Shown here: piece by piece, positions 40,801 to 56,258 of the stretch
Numbering within the stretch: position 1 is the stretch's first letter
Layout: each line of letters starts with the position of its first letter
From: Eledone cirrhosa
Lineage: Eukaryota
Assembly: GCA_964016885.1 (NCBI GenBank)
Contig: OZ024744.1
Span: 23,622,001 to 23,686,000 of the forward strand
Direction: 5' to 3'
Length of the DNA stretch: 64,000 nt
Translations under genes and position numbers: made by a program
Notes under the pieces: model-generated
What the model was told of the DNA's origin: nothing
Seen by the model: the letters and a program-made list of their open reading frames with translations, nothing else
The model's database searches: none

Positions 40801-43537
40801 TCATTTTAACAACAGTTGATTCTTAAGATAAAACTCGTTTTAACAACAGTTGAATCTTAAGAACTGACTCGTTTTAACAACAGTTGAATCTTAAGAACTG
40901 ACTCGTTTTATCAACAGTTCAACCTTAAGAACTGACTCGTTTTAACAACAGTTGAACCTTCAAATAAAACTCGTTTTAACAACAGTTGAATCTTAAGAAC
41001 TCACTCGTTTTAACAACAGTTGAATCTTAAGATAAAACTCGTTTTAACAACAGTTGAATCTTAAGATAAAACTCGTTTTAACAACAGTGGAATCTTAAGA
41101 ACTGACTCGTTTTAATAACAGTTGAATCTTAAGATAAAACTCGTTTTAACAACAGTTGAATCTTAAGAACTGACTCGTTTTAACAACAGCTGAATCTTAA
41201 TATAAAACTCGTTTTACAACAGTTGAATCTTAAGAACTGATTCGTTTTAACAACAGCTGAATATTAAGATAAACTCGTTTTAACAACAGTTGAATCTTAA
41301 CATAAACCTCGTTTTAACAACATTTGAATCTTAAAAAGTTACTCGTTTTAACAACAGCTGAATCTTAAGATAAAACTCGTTTTAACAACAGTTGAATCTT
41401 CAAATAAAACTCGTTTTAACAACAGTTGAATATTATGATAAAACTCATTTTAACAACAGTTGATTCTTAAGATAAAACTCGTTTTAACAACAGTTGAATC
41501 TTAAGAACTGACTCGTTTTAACAACAGTTGAATCTTAAGAACTGACTCGTTTTATCAACAGTTCAACCTTAAGAACTGACTCGTTTTAACAACAGTTGAA
41601 TCTTCAAATAAAACTCGTTTTAACAACAGTTGAATCTTAAGAACTCACTCGTTTTAACAACAGTTGAATCTTAAGATAAAACTCGTTTTAACAACAGTTG
41701 AATCTTAAGATAAAACTCGTTTTAACAACAGTGGAATCTTAAGAACTGACTCGTTTTAATAACAGTTGAATCTTAAGATAAAACTCGTTTTAACAACAGT
41801 TGAATCTTAAGAACTGACTCGCTTTAACAACAGCTGAATCTTAAGATAAAACTCGTTTTAACAAAAGCTGAATCTTAAGATAAATTCGTTTTAACAACAG
41901 TTGAATCTTAAGATAAACCTCGTTTTAACAACATTTGAATCTTAAGAACTGACTCGTTTTAACAACAGCTGAATCTTAAGATAAACCTCGTTTTAACAAC
42001 AGTTGAATCTTAAGAACTGACTCGTCTTATCAACAGTTCAACCTTAAGAACTGACTCGTTTTAACAACAGTTGAATCTTCAAATAAAACTCGTTTTAACA
42101 ACAGTTGAATCTGCAAATAAAACTCGTTTTAACAACAGTTGAATCTTCAAATAAAACTCGTTTTAACAACAGTTGAATATTATGATAAAACTCATTTAAC
42201 AACAGTTGATTCTTAAGATTATACTCGTTTTAACAACAGTTGAATCTTAAGAACTGACTCGTTTTAACAACAGCTGAATCTTAAGATAAAACTCGTTTTA
42301 ACAACAGTTGAATCTTAAGATAAAATTCGTTTTAACAATAGTTGAATGTTAAGAACTGGTTCGTTTTAACAACAGTTGGATCTTAAGATAAAACTCGTTT
42401 TAACAACAGTTGAATCTTAAGAACTGACTCGTTTTAACAACAGTTGAATCTTAAGAACTGACTCGTTTTATCAACAGTTCAACCTTAAGAACTGAGTCGT
42501 TTTAACAACAGTTGAATCTTCAAATAAAACTCGTTTTAACAACAGTTGAATCTTAAGAACTGATTCGTTTTAACAACAGCTGAATCTTAAGATAAACTCG
42601 TATTAACAACAGTTGAATCTTAAGATAAACCTCGTTTTAACAACATTTGAATCTTAAGAACTGACTCGTTTTAACAACAGCTGAATCTTAAGATAAAACT
42701 CGTTTTAACAACAGTTGATTCTTAAGAACTGACTCGTTTTATCAACAGTTCAACCTTAAGAACTGACTCGTTTTAACAACAGTTGAATCTTCAAATAAAA
42801 CTCGTTTTAACAACAGTTGAATCTTCAAATAAAACTCGTTTTAACAACAGTTGAATATTATGATGAAACTCATTTTAACAACAGCTGATTCTTAAGATAA
42901 AACTCGTTTTAACAACAGTTGAATCTTAAGAACTGACTCGTTTTAACAACAGCTGAATCTTAAGATAAAACTCGTTTTAACAACAGTTGAATCTTAAGAT
43001 AAAATTCGTTTTAACAATAGTTGAATGTTAAGAACTGGTTCGTTTTAACAACAGTTGGATCTTAAGATAAAACTGGTTTTAACAACAGTTGAATCTTAAG
43101 AACTGACTCGTTTTAACAACAGTTGAATCTTAAGAACTGACTCGTTTTAACAACAGTTGAATCTTAAGATAAAACTCGTTTTAACAACAGTTGAATCTTA
43201 AAAACTGACTCATTTTAACAACAGTTGAATCTTAAGAACTGATTCGTTTTAACAACAGATGAATCTTAAGATAAAACTCGTTTTAACAACAGTTGAATCT
43301 TAAGAACTGACTCGTTTTAACAACAGCTGAATCTTAAGATAAAACTCGTTTTACAACAGTTGAATCTTAAGAACTGATTCGTTTTAACAACAGCTGAATC
43401 TTAAGATAAACTCGTTTTAACAACAGTTGAATCTTAACATAAACCTCGTTTTAACAACATTTGAATCTTAAAAACTGACTCGTTTTAACAACAGCTTAAT
43501 CTTAAGATAAAACTCGTTTTAACAACAGTTGAATCTT
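37840..43537 (+). repeat. Tandem duplication, period 2,781 bp (82 monomers)
   Basis: CGCTTT (variant C at 39041/41822) and GAGTCG 39713/42494 share offset 2,781 = 82x34-7. Several private SNPs separate the copies (e.g. near 38089, 38527, 38775, 39900, 40221, 42220). Confidence 0.82.
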
Positions 43538-46500
43538 AAGAACTGACTCGTTTTATCAACAGTTCAACCTTAAGAACTGACTCGTTTTAACAACAGTTGA
43601 ATCTTCAAATAAAACTCGTTTTAACAACAGTTGAATATTATGATAAAACTCATTTTAACAACAGTTGATTCTTAAGATAAAACTCGTTTTAACAACAGTT
43701 GAATCTTAAGAACTGACTCGTTTTAACAACAGTTGAATCTTAAGAACTAACTCGTTTTATCAACAGTTCAACCTTAAGAACTGACTCGTTTTAACAACAG
43801 TTGAATCTTCAAATAAAACTCGTTTTAACAACAGTTGAATCTTAAGAACTGACTCGTTTTAACAACAGCTGAATCTTAAGATAAAACTCGTTTTAACGAC
43901 AGTTGAATCTAACGAACTGACTCGTTTTATCAACAGTTCAACATTAAGAACTGACTCATTTTAACAACAGTTGAATCTTCAAATAAAACTCGTTTTAACA
44001 ACAGTTGAATCTTAAGAACTGATTCGTTTTAACAACAGCTGAATCTTAAGATAAACTCGTTTTAACAACAGTTGAATCTTAAGATAAACCTCGTTTTAAC
44101 AACATTTGAATCTTAAGAACTGACTCGTTTTAACAACAGCTGCATCTTAAGATAAAACTCGTTTTAACAACAGTTGAATCCTAAGAACTGACTCGTTTTA
44201 TCAACAGTTCAACCTGAAGAACTGACTCGTTTTAACAACAGTTGAATCTTCAAATAAAACTCGTTTTAACAACAGTTGAATCTTAAGAACTGACTCGTTT
44301 TAACAACAGTTGAATCTTAAGATAAAACTCGTTTTAACAACAGCTGAATCTTAAGATAAAACTCGTTTTAACAACAGTTGAATCTTAAGATAAAACTCGT
44401 TTTAACAACAGTTGAATCTTAAGAACTGACTCATTTTAACAACAGTTGAATCTTAAGAACTGATTCGTTTTAACAACAGTTGAATCTTCAAATAAAACTC
44501 GTTTTAACAACAGCTGAATCTTAAGATAAAACTCGTTTTACAACAGTTGAATCTTAAGAACTGACTCGTTTTATAAACAGTTCAACCTTAAGAACTGACT
44601 CGTTTTAACAACAGTTGAATCTTCAAATAAAATTCGTTTTAACAACAGTTGAATCTTCAAATAAAACTCGTTTTAACAACAGTTGAATCTGCAAATAAAA
44701 CTCGTTTTAACAACAGTTGAATCTTCAAATAAAACTCGTTTTAACAACAGTTGAATATTATGATAAAACTCATTTAACAACAGTTGATTCTTAAGATAAA
44801 ACTCGTTTTAACAACAGTTGAATCTTAAGAACTGACTCGTTTTAACAACAGCTGAATCTTAAGATAAAACTCGTTTTAACAACAGTTGAATCTTAAGATA
44901 AAATTCGTTTTAACAATAGTTGAATGTTAAGAACTGGTTCGTTTTAACAACAGTTGGATCTTAAGATAAAACTCGTTTTAACAACAGTTGAATCTTAAGA
45001 ACTGACTCGTTTTAACAACAGTTGAATCTTAAGAACTGACTCGTTTTATCAACAGTTCAACCTTAAGAACTGAGTCGTTTTAACAACAGTTGAATCTTCA
45101 AATAAAACTCGTTTTAACAACAGTTGAATCTTAAGAACTGATTCGTTTTAACAACAGCTGAATCTTAAGATAAACTCGTATTAACAACAGTTGAATCTTA
45201 AGATAAACCTCGTTTTAACAACATTTGAATCTTAAGAACTGACTCGTTTTAACAACAGCTGAATCTTAAGATAAAACTCGTTTTAACAACAGTTGATTCT
45301 TAAGAACTGACTCGTTTTATCAACAGTTCAACCTTAAGAACTGACTCGTTTTAACAACAGTTGAATCTTCAAATAAAACTCGTTTTAACAACAGTTGAAT
45401 CTTCAAATAAAACTCGTTTTAACAACAGTTGAATATTATGATGAAACTCATTTTAACAACAGCTGATTCTTAAGATAAAACTCGTTTTAACAACAGTTGA
45501 ATCTTAAGAACTGACTCGTTTTAACAACAGCTGAATCTTAAGATAAAACTCGTTTTAACAACAGTTGAATCTTAAGATAAAATTCGTTTTAACAATAGTT
45601 GAATGTTAAGAACTGGTTCGTTTTAACAACAGTTGGATCTTAAGATAAAACTGGTTTTAACAACAGTTGAATCTTAAGAACTGACTCGTTTCAACAACAG
45701 TTGAATCTTAAGAACTGACTCGTTTTAACAACAGTTGAATCTTAAGATAAAACTCGTTTTAACAACAGTTGAATCTTAAAAACTGACTCATTTTAACAAC
45801 AGTTGAATCTTAAGAACTGATTCGTTTTAACAACAGATGAATCTTAAGATAAAACTCGTTTTAACAACAGTTGAATCTTAAGAACTGACTCGTTTTAACA
45901 ACAGCTGAATCTTAAGATAAAACTCGTTTTACAACAGTTGAATCTTAAGAACTGATTCGTTTTAACAACAGCTGAATCTTAAGATAAACTCGTTTTAACA
46001 ACAGTTGAATCTTAACATAAACCTCGTTTTAACAACATTTGAATCTTAAAAACTGACTCGTTTTAACAACAGCTGAATCTTAAGATAAAACTCGTTTTAA
46101 CAACAGTTGAATCTTAAGAACTGACTCGTTTTATCAACAGTTCAACCTTAAGAACTGACTCGTTTTAACAACAGTTGAATCTTCAAATAAAACTCGTTTT
46201 AACAACAGTTGAATATTATGATAAAACTCATTTTAACAACAGTTGATTCTTAAGATAAAACTCGTTTTAACAACAGTTGAATCTTAAGAACTGACTCGTT
46301 TTAACAACAGTTGAATCTTAAGAACTAACTCGTTTTATCAACAGTTCAACCTTAAGAACTGACTCGTTTTAACAACAGTTGAATCTTCAAATAAAACTCG
46401 TTTTAACAACAGTTGAATCTTAAGAACTGACTCGTTTTAACAACAGCTGAATCTTAAGATAAAACTCGTTTTAACGACAGTTGAATCTAACGAACTGACT

Positions 46501-49500
46501 CGTTTTATCAACAGTTCAACCTTAAGAACTGACTCATTTTAACAACAGTTGAATCTTCAAATAAAACTCGTTTTAACAACAGTTGAATCTTAAGAACTGA
46601 TTCGTTTTAACAACAGCTGAATCTTAAGATAAACTCGTTTTAACAACAGTTGAATCTTAAGATAAACCTCGTTTTAACAACATTTGAATCTTAAGAACTG
46701 ACTCGTTTTAACAACAGCTGCATCTTAAGATAAAACTCGTTTTAACAACAGTTGAATCCTAAGAACTGACTCGTTTTATCAACAGTTCAACCTGAAGAAC
46801 TGACTCGTTTTAACAACAGTTGAATCTTCAAATAAAACTCGTTTTAACAACAGTTGAATCTTAAGAACTGACTCGTTTTAACAACAGCTGAATCTTAAGA
46901 TAAAACTCGTTTTAACAACAGTTGAATCTTAAGATAAAACTCGTTTTAACAACAGTTGAATCTTAAGAACTGACTCATTTTAACAACAGTTGAATCTTAA
47001 GAACTGATTCGTTTTAACAACAGTTGAATCTTAAGATAAAACTCGTTTTAACAACAGTTGAATCTTAAGAACTGACTCGTTTTAACAACAGCTGAATCTT
47101 AAGATAAAACTCGTTTTACAACAGTTGAATCTTAAGAACTGACTCGTTTTATAAACAGTTCAACCTTAAGAACTGACTCGTTTTAACAACAGTTGAATCT
47201 TCAAACAAAACTCGTTTTAACAACAGTTGAATCTTCAAATAAAACTCGTTTTAACAACAGTTGAATCTTAAGAACTGATTCGTTTTAACAACAGCTGAAT
47301 CGTAAGATAAACTCGTTTTAACAACAGTTGAATCTTAAGATAAACCTCGTTTTAACAACATTTGAATCTTAAGAACTGACTCGTTTTAACAACAGCTGAA
47401 TCTTAAGATAAAACTCGTTTTAACAACAGTTGAATCTTAAGAACTTACTCGTCTTATCAACAGTTCAACCTTAAGAACTGACTCGTTTTAACAACAGTTG
47501 AATCTTCAAATAAAACTCGTTTTAACAACAGTTGAATCTTCAAATAAAACTCGTTTTAACAACAGTTGAATATTATGATAAAACTCATTTTAACAACAGT
47601 TGATTCTTAAGATAAAACTCGTTTTAACAATAGTTGAATGTTAAGAACTGGTTCGTTTTAACAACAGTTGGATCTTAAGAACTGACTCGTTTTAACAACA
47701 GCTGAATCTTAAGATAAAATTCGTTTTAACAATAGTTGAATGTTAAGAACTGGTTCGTTTTAACAACAGTTGGATCTTAAGATAAAACTCGTTTTAACAA
47801 CAGTTGAATCTTAAGAACTGACTCGTTTTAACAACAGTTGAATCTTAAGAACTGACTCGTTTTATCAACAGTTCAACCTTAAGAACTGACTCGTTTTAAC
47901 AACAGTTGAATCTTCAAATAAAACTCGTTTTAACAACAGTTGAATCTTAAGAACTGATTCGTTTTAACAACTGCTGAATCTTAAGATAAACCCGTATTAA
48001 CAACAGTTGAATCGTAAGATAAACCTCGTTTTAACAACATTTGAATCTTAAGAACTAACTCGTTTTAACAACAGCTGAATCTTAAGATAAAACTCGTTTT
48101 AACAACAGTTGAATCTTAAGAACTGACTCGTTTTATCAACAGTTCAACCTTAAGAACTGACTCGTTTTAACAACAGTTGAATCTTCAAATAAAACTCGTT
48201 TTAACAACAGTTGAATCTTAAGATAACACTCGTTTTAACAACAGTTGAATCTTAAGATAAAACTCGTTTTAACAACAGTGGAATCTTAAGAACTGACTCG
48301 TTTTAATAACAGTTGAATCTTAAGATAAAACTCGTTTTAACAACAGTTGAATCTTAAGAACTGACTCGTTTTAACAACAGCTGAATCTTAAGATAAAACT
48401 CGTTTTAACAAAAGCTGAATCTTAAGATAAACTCGTTTTAACAACAGTTGAATCTTAAGATAAACCTCGTTTTAACAACATTTGAATCTTAAGAACTGAC
48501 TCGTTTTAACAACAGCTGAATCTTAAGATAAAACTCGTTTTAACAACAGTTGAATCTTAAGAACTGACTCGTCTTATCAACAGTTCAACCTTAAGAACTG
48601 ACTCGTTTTAACAACAGTTGAATCTTCAAATAAAACTCGTTTTAACAACAGTTGAATCTGCAAATAAAACTCGTTTTAACAACAGTTGAATCTTCAAATA
48701 AAACTCGTTTTAACAACAGTTGAATATTATGATAAAACTCATTTAACAACAGTTGATTCTTAAGATAAAACTCGTTTTAACAACAGTTGAATCTTAAGAA
48801 CTGACTCGTTTTAACAACAGCTGAATCTTAAGATAAAACTCGTTTTAACAACAGTTGAATCTTAAGATAAAATTCGTTTTAACAATAGTTGAATGTTAAG
48901 AACTGGTTCGTTTTAACAACAGTTGGATCTTAAGATAAAACTCGTTTTAACAACAGTTGAATCTTAAGAACTGACTCGTTTTAACAACAGTTGAATCTTA
49001 AGAACTGACTCGTTTTATCAACAGTTCAACCTTAAGAACTGAGTCGTTTTAACAACAGTTGAATCTTCAAATAAAACTCGTTTTAACAACAGTTGAATCT
49101 TAAGAACTGATTCGTTTTAACAACAGCTGAATCTTAAGATAAACTCGTATTAACAACAGTTGAATCTTAAGATAAACTCGTTTTAACAACAGCTGAATCT
49201 TAAGATAAACTCGTTTTAACAACAGTTGAATCTTAACATAAACCTCGTTTTAACAACATTTGAATCTTAAAAACTGACTCGTTTTAACAACAGCTTAATC
49301 TTAAGATAAAACTCGTTTTAACAACAGTTGAATCTTAAGAACTGACTCGTTTTATCAACAGTTCAACCTTAAGAACTGACTCGTTTTAACAACAGTTGAA
49401 TCTTCAAATAAAACTCGTTTTAACAACAGTTGAATATTATGATAAAACTCATTTTAACAACAGTTGATTCTTAAGAACTGACTCGTTTTAACAACAGTTG

Positions 49501-52500
49501 AATCTTAAGAACTAACTCGTTTTATCAACAGTTCAACCTTAAGAACTGACTCGTTTTAACAACAGTTGAATCTTCAAATAAAACTCGTTTTAACAACAGT
49601 TGAATCTTAAGAACTGACTCGTTTTAACAACAGCTGAATCTTAAGATAAAACTCGTTTTAACGACAGTTGAATCTAACGAACTGACTCGTTTTATGAACA
49701 GTTCAACATTAAGAACTGACTCATTTTAACAACAGTTGAATCTTCAAATAAAACTCGTTTTAACAACAGTTGAATCTTAAGAACTGATTCGTTTTAACAA
49801 CAGCTGAATCTTAAGATAAACTCGTTTTAACAACAGTTGAATCTTAAGATAAACCTCGTTTTAACAACATTTGAATCTTAAGAACTGACTCGTTTTAACA
49901 ACAGCTGCATCTTAAGATAAAACTCGTTTTAACAACAGTTGAATCCTAAGAACTGACTCGTTTTATCAACAGTTCAACCTGAAGAACTGACTCGTTTTAA
50001 CAACAGTTGAATCTTCAAATAAAACTCGTTTTAACAACAGTTGAATCTTAAGAACTGACTCGTTTTAACAACAGTTGAATCTTAAGATAAAACTCGTTTT
50101 AACAACAGCTGAATCTTAAGATAAAACTCGTTTTAACAACAGTTGAATCTTAAGATAAAACTCGTTTTAACAACAGTTGAATCTTAAGAACTGACTCATT
50201 TTAACAACAGTTGAATCTTAAGAACTGATTCGTTTTAACAACAGTTGAATCTTCAAATAAAACTCGTTTTAACAACAGCTGAATCTTAAGATAAAACTCG
50301 TTTTACAACAGTTGAATCTTAAGAACTGACTCGTTTTATAAACAGTTCAACCTTAAGAACTGACTCGTTTTAACAACAGTTGAATCTTCAAATAAAACTC
50401 GTTTTAACAACAGTTGAATCTTCAAATAAAACTCGTTTTAACAACAGTTGAATCTGCAAATAAAACTCGTTTTAACAACAGTTGAATCTTCAAATAAAAC
50501 TCGTTTTAACAACAGTTGAATATTATGATAAAACTCATTTAACAACAGTTGATTCTTAAGATAAAACTCGTTTTAACAACAGTTGAATCTTAAGAACTGA
50601 CTCGTTTTAACAACAGCTGAATCTTAAGATAAAACTCGTTTTAACAACAGTTGAATCTTAAGATAAAATTCGTTTTAACAATAGTTGAATGTTAAGAACT
50701 GGTTCGTTTTAACAACAGTTGGATCTTAAGATAAAACTCGTTTTAACAACAGTTGAATCTTAAGAACTGACTCGTTTTAACAACAGTTGAATCTTAAGAA
50801 CTGACTCGTTTTATCAACAGTTCAACCTTAAGAACTGAGTCGTTTTAACAACAGTTGAATCTTCAAATAAAACTCGTTTTAACAACAGTTGAATCTTAAG
50901 AACTGATTCGTTTTAACAACAGCTGAATCTTAAGATAAACTCGTATTAACAACAGTTGAATCTTAAGATAAACCTCGTTTTAACAACATTTGAATCTTAA
51001 GAACTGACTCGTTTTAACAACAGCTGAATCTTAAGATAAAACTCGTTTTAACAACAGTTGATTCTTAAGAACTGACTCGTTTTATCAACAGTTCAACCTT
51101 AAGAACTGACTCGTTTTAACAACAGTTGAATCTTCAAATAAAACTCGTTTTAACAACAGTTGAATCTTCAAATAAAACTCGTTTTAACAACAGTTGAATA
51201 TTATGATGAAACTCATTTTAACAACAGCTGATTCTTAAGATAAAACTCGTTTTAACAACAGTTGAATCTTAAGAACTGACTCGTTTTAACAACAGCTGAA
51301 TCTTAAGATAAAACTCGTTTTAACAACAGTTGAATCTTAAGATAAAATTCGTTTTAACAATAGTTGAATGTTAAGAACTGGTTCGTTTTAACAACAGTTG
51401 GATCTTAAGATAAAACTGGTTTTAACAACAGTTGAATCTTAAGAACTGACTCGTTTTAACAACAGTTGAATCTTAAGAACTGACTCGTTTTAACAACAGT
51501 TGAATCTTAAGATAAAACTCGTTTTAACAACAGTTGAATCTTAAAAACTGACTCATTTTAACAACAGTTGAATCTTAAGAACTGATTCGTTTTAACAACA
51601 GATGAATCTTAAGATAAAACTCGTTTTAACAACAGTTGAATCTTAAGAACTGACTCGTTTTAACAACAGCTGAATCTTAAGATAAAACTCGTTTTACAAC
51701 AGTTGAATCTTAAGAACTGATTCGTTTTAACAACAGCTGAATCTTAAGATAAACTCGTTTTAACAACAGTTGAATCTTAACATAAACCTCGTTTTAACAA
51801 CATTTGAATCTTAAAAACTGACTCGTTTTAACAACAGCTGAATCTTAAGATAAAACTCGTTTTAACAACAGTTGAATCTTAAGAACTGACTCGTTTTATC
51901 AACAGTTCAACCTTAAGAACTGACTCGTTTTAACAACAGTTGAATCTTCAAATAAAACTCGTTTTAACAACAGTTGAATATTATGATAAAACTCATTTTA
52001 ACAACAGTTGATTCTTAAGATAAAACTCGTTTTAACAACAGTTGAATCTTAAGAACTGACTCGTTTTAACAACAGTTGAATCTTAAGAACTAACTCGTTT
52101 TATCAACAGTTCAACCTTAAGAACTGACTCGTTTTAACAACAGTTGAATCTTCAAATAAAACTCGTTTTAACAACAGTTGAATCTTAAGAACTGACTCGT
52201 TTTAACAACAGCTGAATCTTAAGATAAAACTCGTTTTAACGACAGTTGAATCTAACGAACTGACTCGTTTTATCAACAGTTCAACCTTAAGAACTGACTC
52301 ATTTTAACAACAGTTGAATCTTCAAATAAAACTCGTTTTAACAACAGTTGAATCTTAAGAACTGATTCGTTTTAACAACAGCTGAATCTTAAGATAAACT
52401 CGTTTTAACAACAGTTGAATCTTAAGATAAACCTCGTTTTAACAACATTTGAATCTTAAGAACTGACTCGTTTTAACAACAGCTGCATCTTAAGATAAAA

Positions 52501-53713
52501 CTCGTTTTAACAACAGTTGAATCCTAAGAACTGACTCGTTTTATCAACAGTTCAACCTGAAGAACTGACTCGTTTTAACAACAGTTGAATCTTCAAATAA
52601 AACTCGTTTTAACAACAGTTGAATCTTAAGAACTGACTCGTTTTAACAACAGCTGAATCTTAAGATAAAACTCGTTTTAACAACAGTTGAATCTTAAGAT
52701 AAAACTCGTTTTAACAACAGTTGAATCTTAAGAACTGACTCATTTTAACAACAGTTGAATCTTAAGAACTGATTCGTTTTAACAACAGTTGAATCTTAAG
52801 ATAAAACTCGTTTTAACAACAGTTGAATCTTAAGAACTGACTCGTTTTAACAACAGCTGAATCTTAAGATAAAACTCGTTTTACAACAGTTGAATCTTAA
52901 GAACTGACTCGTTTTATAAACAGTTCAACCTTAAGAACTGACTCGTTTTAACAACAGTTGAATCTTCAAACAAAACTCGTTTTAACAACAGTTGAATCTT
53001 CAAATAAAACTCGTTTTAACAACAGTTGAATCTTAAGAACTGATTCGTTTTAACAACAGCTGAATCGTAAGATAAACTCGTTTTAACAACAGTTGAATCT
53101 TAAGATAAACCTCGTTTTAACAACATTTGAATCTTAAGAACTGACTCGTTTTAACAACAGCTGAATCTTAAGATAAAACTCGTTTTAACAACAGTTGAAT
53201 CTTAAGAACTTACTCGTCTTATCAACAGTTCAACCTTAAGAACTGACTCGTTTTAACAACAGTTGAATCTTCAAATAAAACTCGTTTTAACAACAGTTGA
53301 ATCTTCAAATAAAACTCGTTTTAACAACAGTTGAATATTATGATAAAACTCATTTTAACAACAGTTGATTCTTAAGATAAAACTCGTTTTAACAATAGTT
53401 GAATGTTAAGAACTGGTTCGTTTTAACAACAGTTGGATCTTAAGAACTGACTCGTTTTAACAACAGCTGAATCTTAAGATAAAATTCGTTTTAACAATAG
53501 TTGAATGTTAAGAACTGGTTCGTTTTAACAACAGTTGGATCTTAAGATAAAACTCGTTTTAACAACAGTTGAATCTTAAGAACTGACTCGTTTTAACAAC
53601 AGTTGAATCTTAAGAACTGACTCGTTTTATCAACAGTTCAACCTTAAGAACTGACTCGTTTTAACAACAGTTGAATCTTCAAATAAAACTCGTTTTAACA
53701 ACAGTTGAATCTT
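43390..53713 (+). repeat. Duplication, period 5,765-5,799 bp (170-171 monomers)
   Basis: ACAGCTTAAT 43491/49290 (5,799). After loss of one monomer near 49,470: ACATT 43941/49706, GAGTCG 45072/50837 and CAAACAAAA 47206/52971 (5,765). Colinearity resumes at offset 8,310 = 5,765+2,545 (CCCGTATT 47991/56301). Confidence 0.85.
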
Positions 53714-56258
53714 CAAATAAAACTCGTTTTAACAACAGTTGAATATTATGATGAAACTCATTTTAACAACAGCTGATTCTTAAGATAAAACTCGTTTTAA
53801 CAACAGTTGAATCTTAAGAACTGACTCGTTTTAACAACAGCTGAATCTTAAGATAAAACTCGTTTTAACAACAGTTGAATCTTAAGATAAAATTCGTTTT
53901 AACAATAGTTGAATGTTAAGAACTGGTTCGTTTTAACAACAGTTGGATCTTAAGATAAAACTGGTTTTAACAACAGTTGAATCTTAAGAACTGACTCGTT
54001 TTAACAACAGTTGAATCTTAAGAACTGACTCGTTTTAACAACAGTTGAATCTTAAGATAAAACTCGTTTTAACAACAGTTGAATCTTAAAAACTGACTCA
54101 TTTTAACAACAGTTGAATCTTAAGAACTGATTCGTTTTAACAACAGATGAATCTTAAGATAAAACTCGTTTTAACAACAGTTGAATCTTAAGAACTGACT
54201 CGTTTTAACAACAGCTGAATCTTAAGATAAAACTCGTTTTACAACAGTTGAATCTTAAGAACTGATTCGTTTTAACAACAGCTGAATCTTAAGATAAACT
54301 CGTTTTAACAACAGTTGAATCTTAACATAAACCTCGTTTTAACAACATTTGAATCTTAAAAACTGACTCGTTTTAACAACAGCTGAATCTTAAGATAAAA
54401 CTCGTTTTAACAACAGTTGAATCTTAAGAACTGACTCGTTTTATCAACAGTTCAACCTTAAGAACTGACTCGTTTTAACAACAGTTGAATCTTCAAATAA
54501 AACTCGTTTTAACAACAGTTGAATATTATGATAAAACTCATTTTAACAACAGTTGATTCTTAAGATAAAACTCGTTTTAACAACAGTTGAATCTTAAGAA
54601 CTGACTCGTTTTAACAACAGTTGAATCTTAAGAACTAACTCGTTTTATCAACAGTTCAACCTTAAGAACTGACTCGTTTTAACAACAGTTGAATCTTCAA
54701 ATAAAACTCGTTTTAACAACAGTTGAATCTTAAGAACTGACTCGTTTTAACAACAGCTGAATCTTAAGATAAAACTCGTTTTAACGACAGTTGAATCTAA
54801 CGAACTGACTCGTTTTATCAACAGTTCAACCTTAAGAACTGACTCATTTTAACAACAGTTGAATCTTCAAATAAAACTCGTTTTAACAACAGTTGAATCT
54901 TAAGAACTGATTCGTTTTAACAACAGCTGAATCTTAAGATAAACTCGTTTTAACAACAGTTGAATCTTAAGATAAACCTCGTTTTAACAACATTTGAATC
55001 TTAAGAACTGACTCGTTTTAACAACAGCTCCATCTTAAGATAAAACTCGTTTTAACAACAGTTGAATCCTAAGAACTGACTCGTTTTATCAACAGTTCAA
55101 CCTGAAGAACTGACTCGTTTTAACAACAGTTGAATCTTCAAATAAAACTCGTTTTAACAACAGTTGAATCTTAAGAACTGACTCGTTTTAACAACAGCTG
55201 AATCTTAAGATAAAACTCGTTTTAACAACAGTTGAATCTTAAGATAAAACTCGTTTTAACAACAGTTGAATCTTAAGAACTGACTCATTTTAACAACAGT
55301 TGAATCTTAAGAACTGATTCGTTTTAACAACAGTTGAATCTTAAGATAAAACTCGTTTTAACAACAGTTGAATCTTAAGAACTGACTCGTTTTAACAACA
55401 GCTGAATCTTAAGATAAAACTCGTTTTACAACAGTTGAATCTTAAGAACTGACTCGTTTTATAAACAGTTCAACCTTAAGAACTGACTCGTTTTAACAAC
55501 AGTTGAATCTTCAAACAAAACTCGTTTTAACAACAGTTGAATCTTCAAATAAAACTCGTTTTAACAACAGTTGAATCTTAAGAACTGATTCGTTTTAACA
55601 ACAGCTGAATCGTAAGATAAACTCGTTTTAACAACAGTTGAATCTTAAGATAAACCTCGTTTTAACAACATTTGAATCTTAAGAACTGACTCGTTTTAAC
55701 AACAGCTGAATCTTAAGATAAAACTCGTTTTAACAACAGTTGAATCTTAAGAACTTACTCGTCTTATCAACAGTTCAACCTTAAGAACTGACTCGTTTTA
55801 ACAACAGTTGAATCTTCAAATAAAACTCGTTTTAACAACAGTTGAATCTTCAAATAAAACTCGTTTTAACAACAGTTGAATATTATGATAAAACTCATTT
55901 TAACAACAGTTGATTCTTAAGATAAAACTCGTTTTAACAATAGTTGAATGTTAAGAACTGGTTCGTTTTAACAACAGTTGGATCTTAAGAACTGACTCGT
56001 TTTAACAACAGCTGAATCTTAAGATAAAATTCGTTTTAACAATAGTTGAATGTTAAGAACTGGTTCGTTTTAACAACAGTTGGATCTTAAGATAAAACTC
56101 GTTTTAACAACAGTTGAATCTTAAGAACTGACTCGTTTTAACAACAGTTGAATCTTAAGAACTGACTCGTTTTATCAACAGTTCAACCTTAAGAACTGAC
56201 TCGTTTTAACAACAGTTGAATCTTCAAATAAAACTCGTTTTAACAACAGTTGAATCTT
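51063..56258 (+). repeat. Tandem duplication, period 2,545 bp (75 monomers)
   Basis: CAAACAAAA 52971/55516 and TCTAACGA near 52252/54797 share offset 2,545 = 75x34-5. One private SNP at 55030. Confidence 0.87.
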
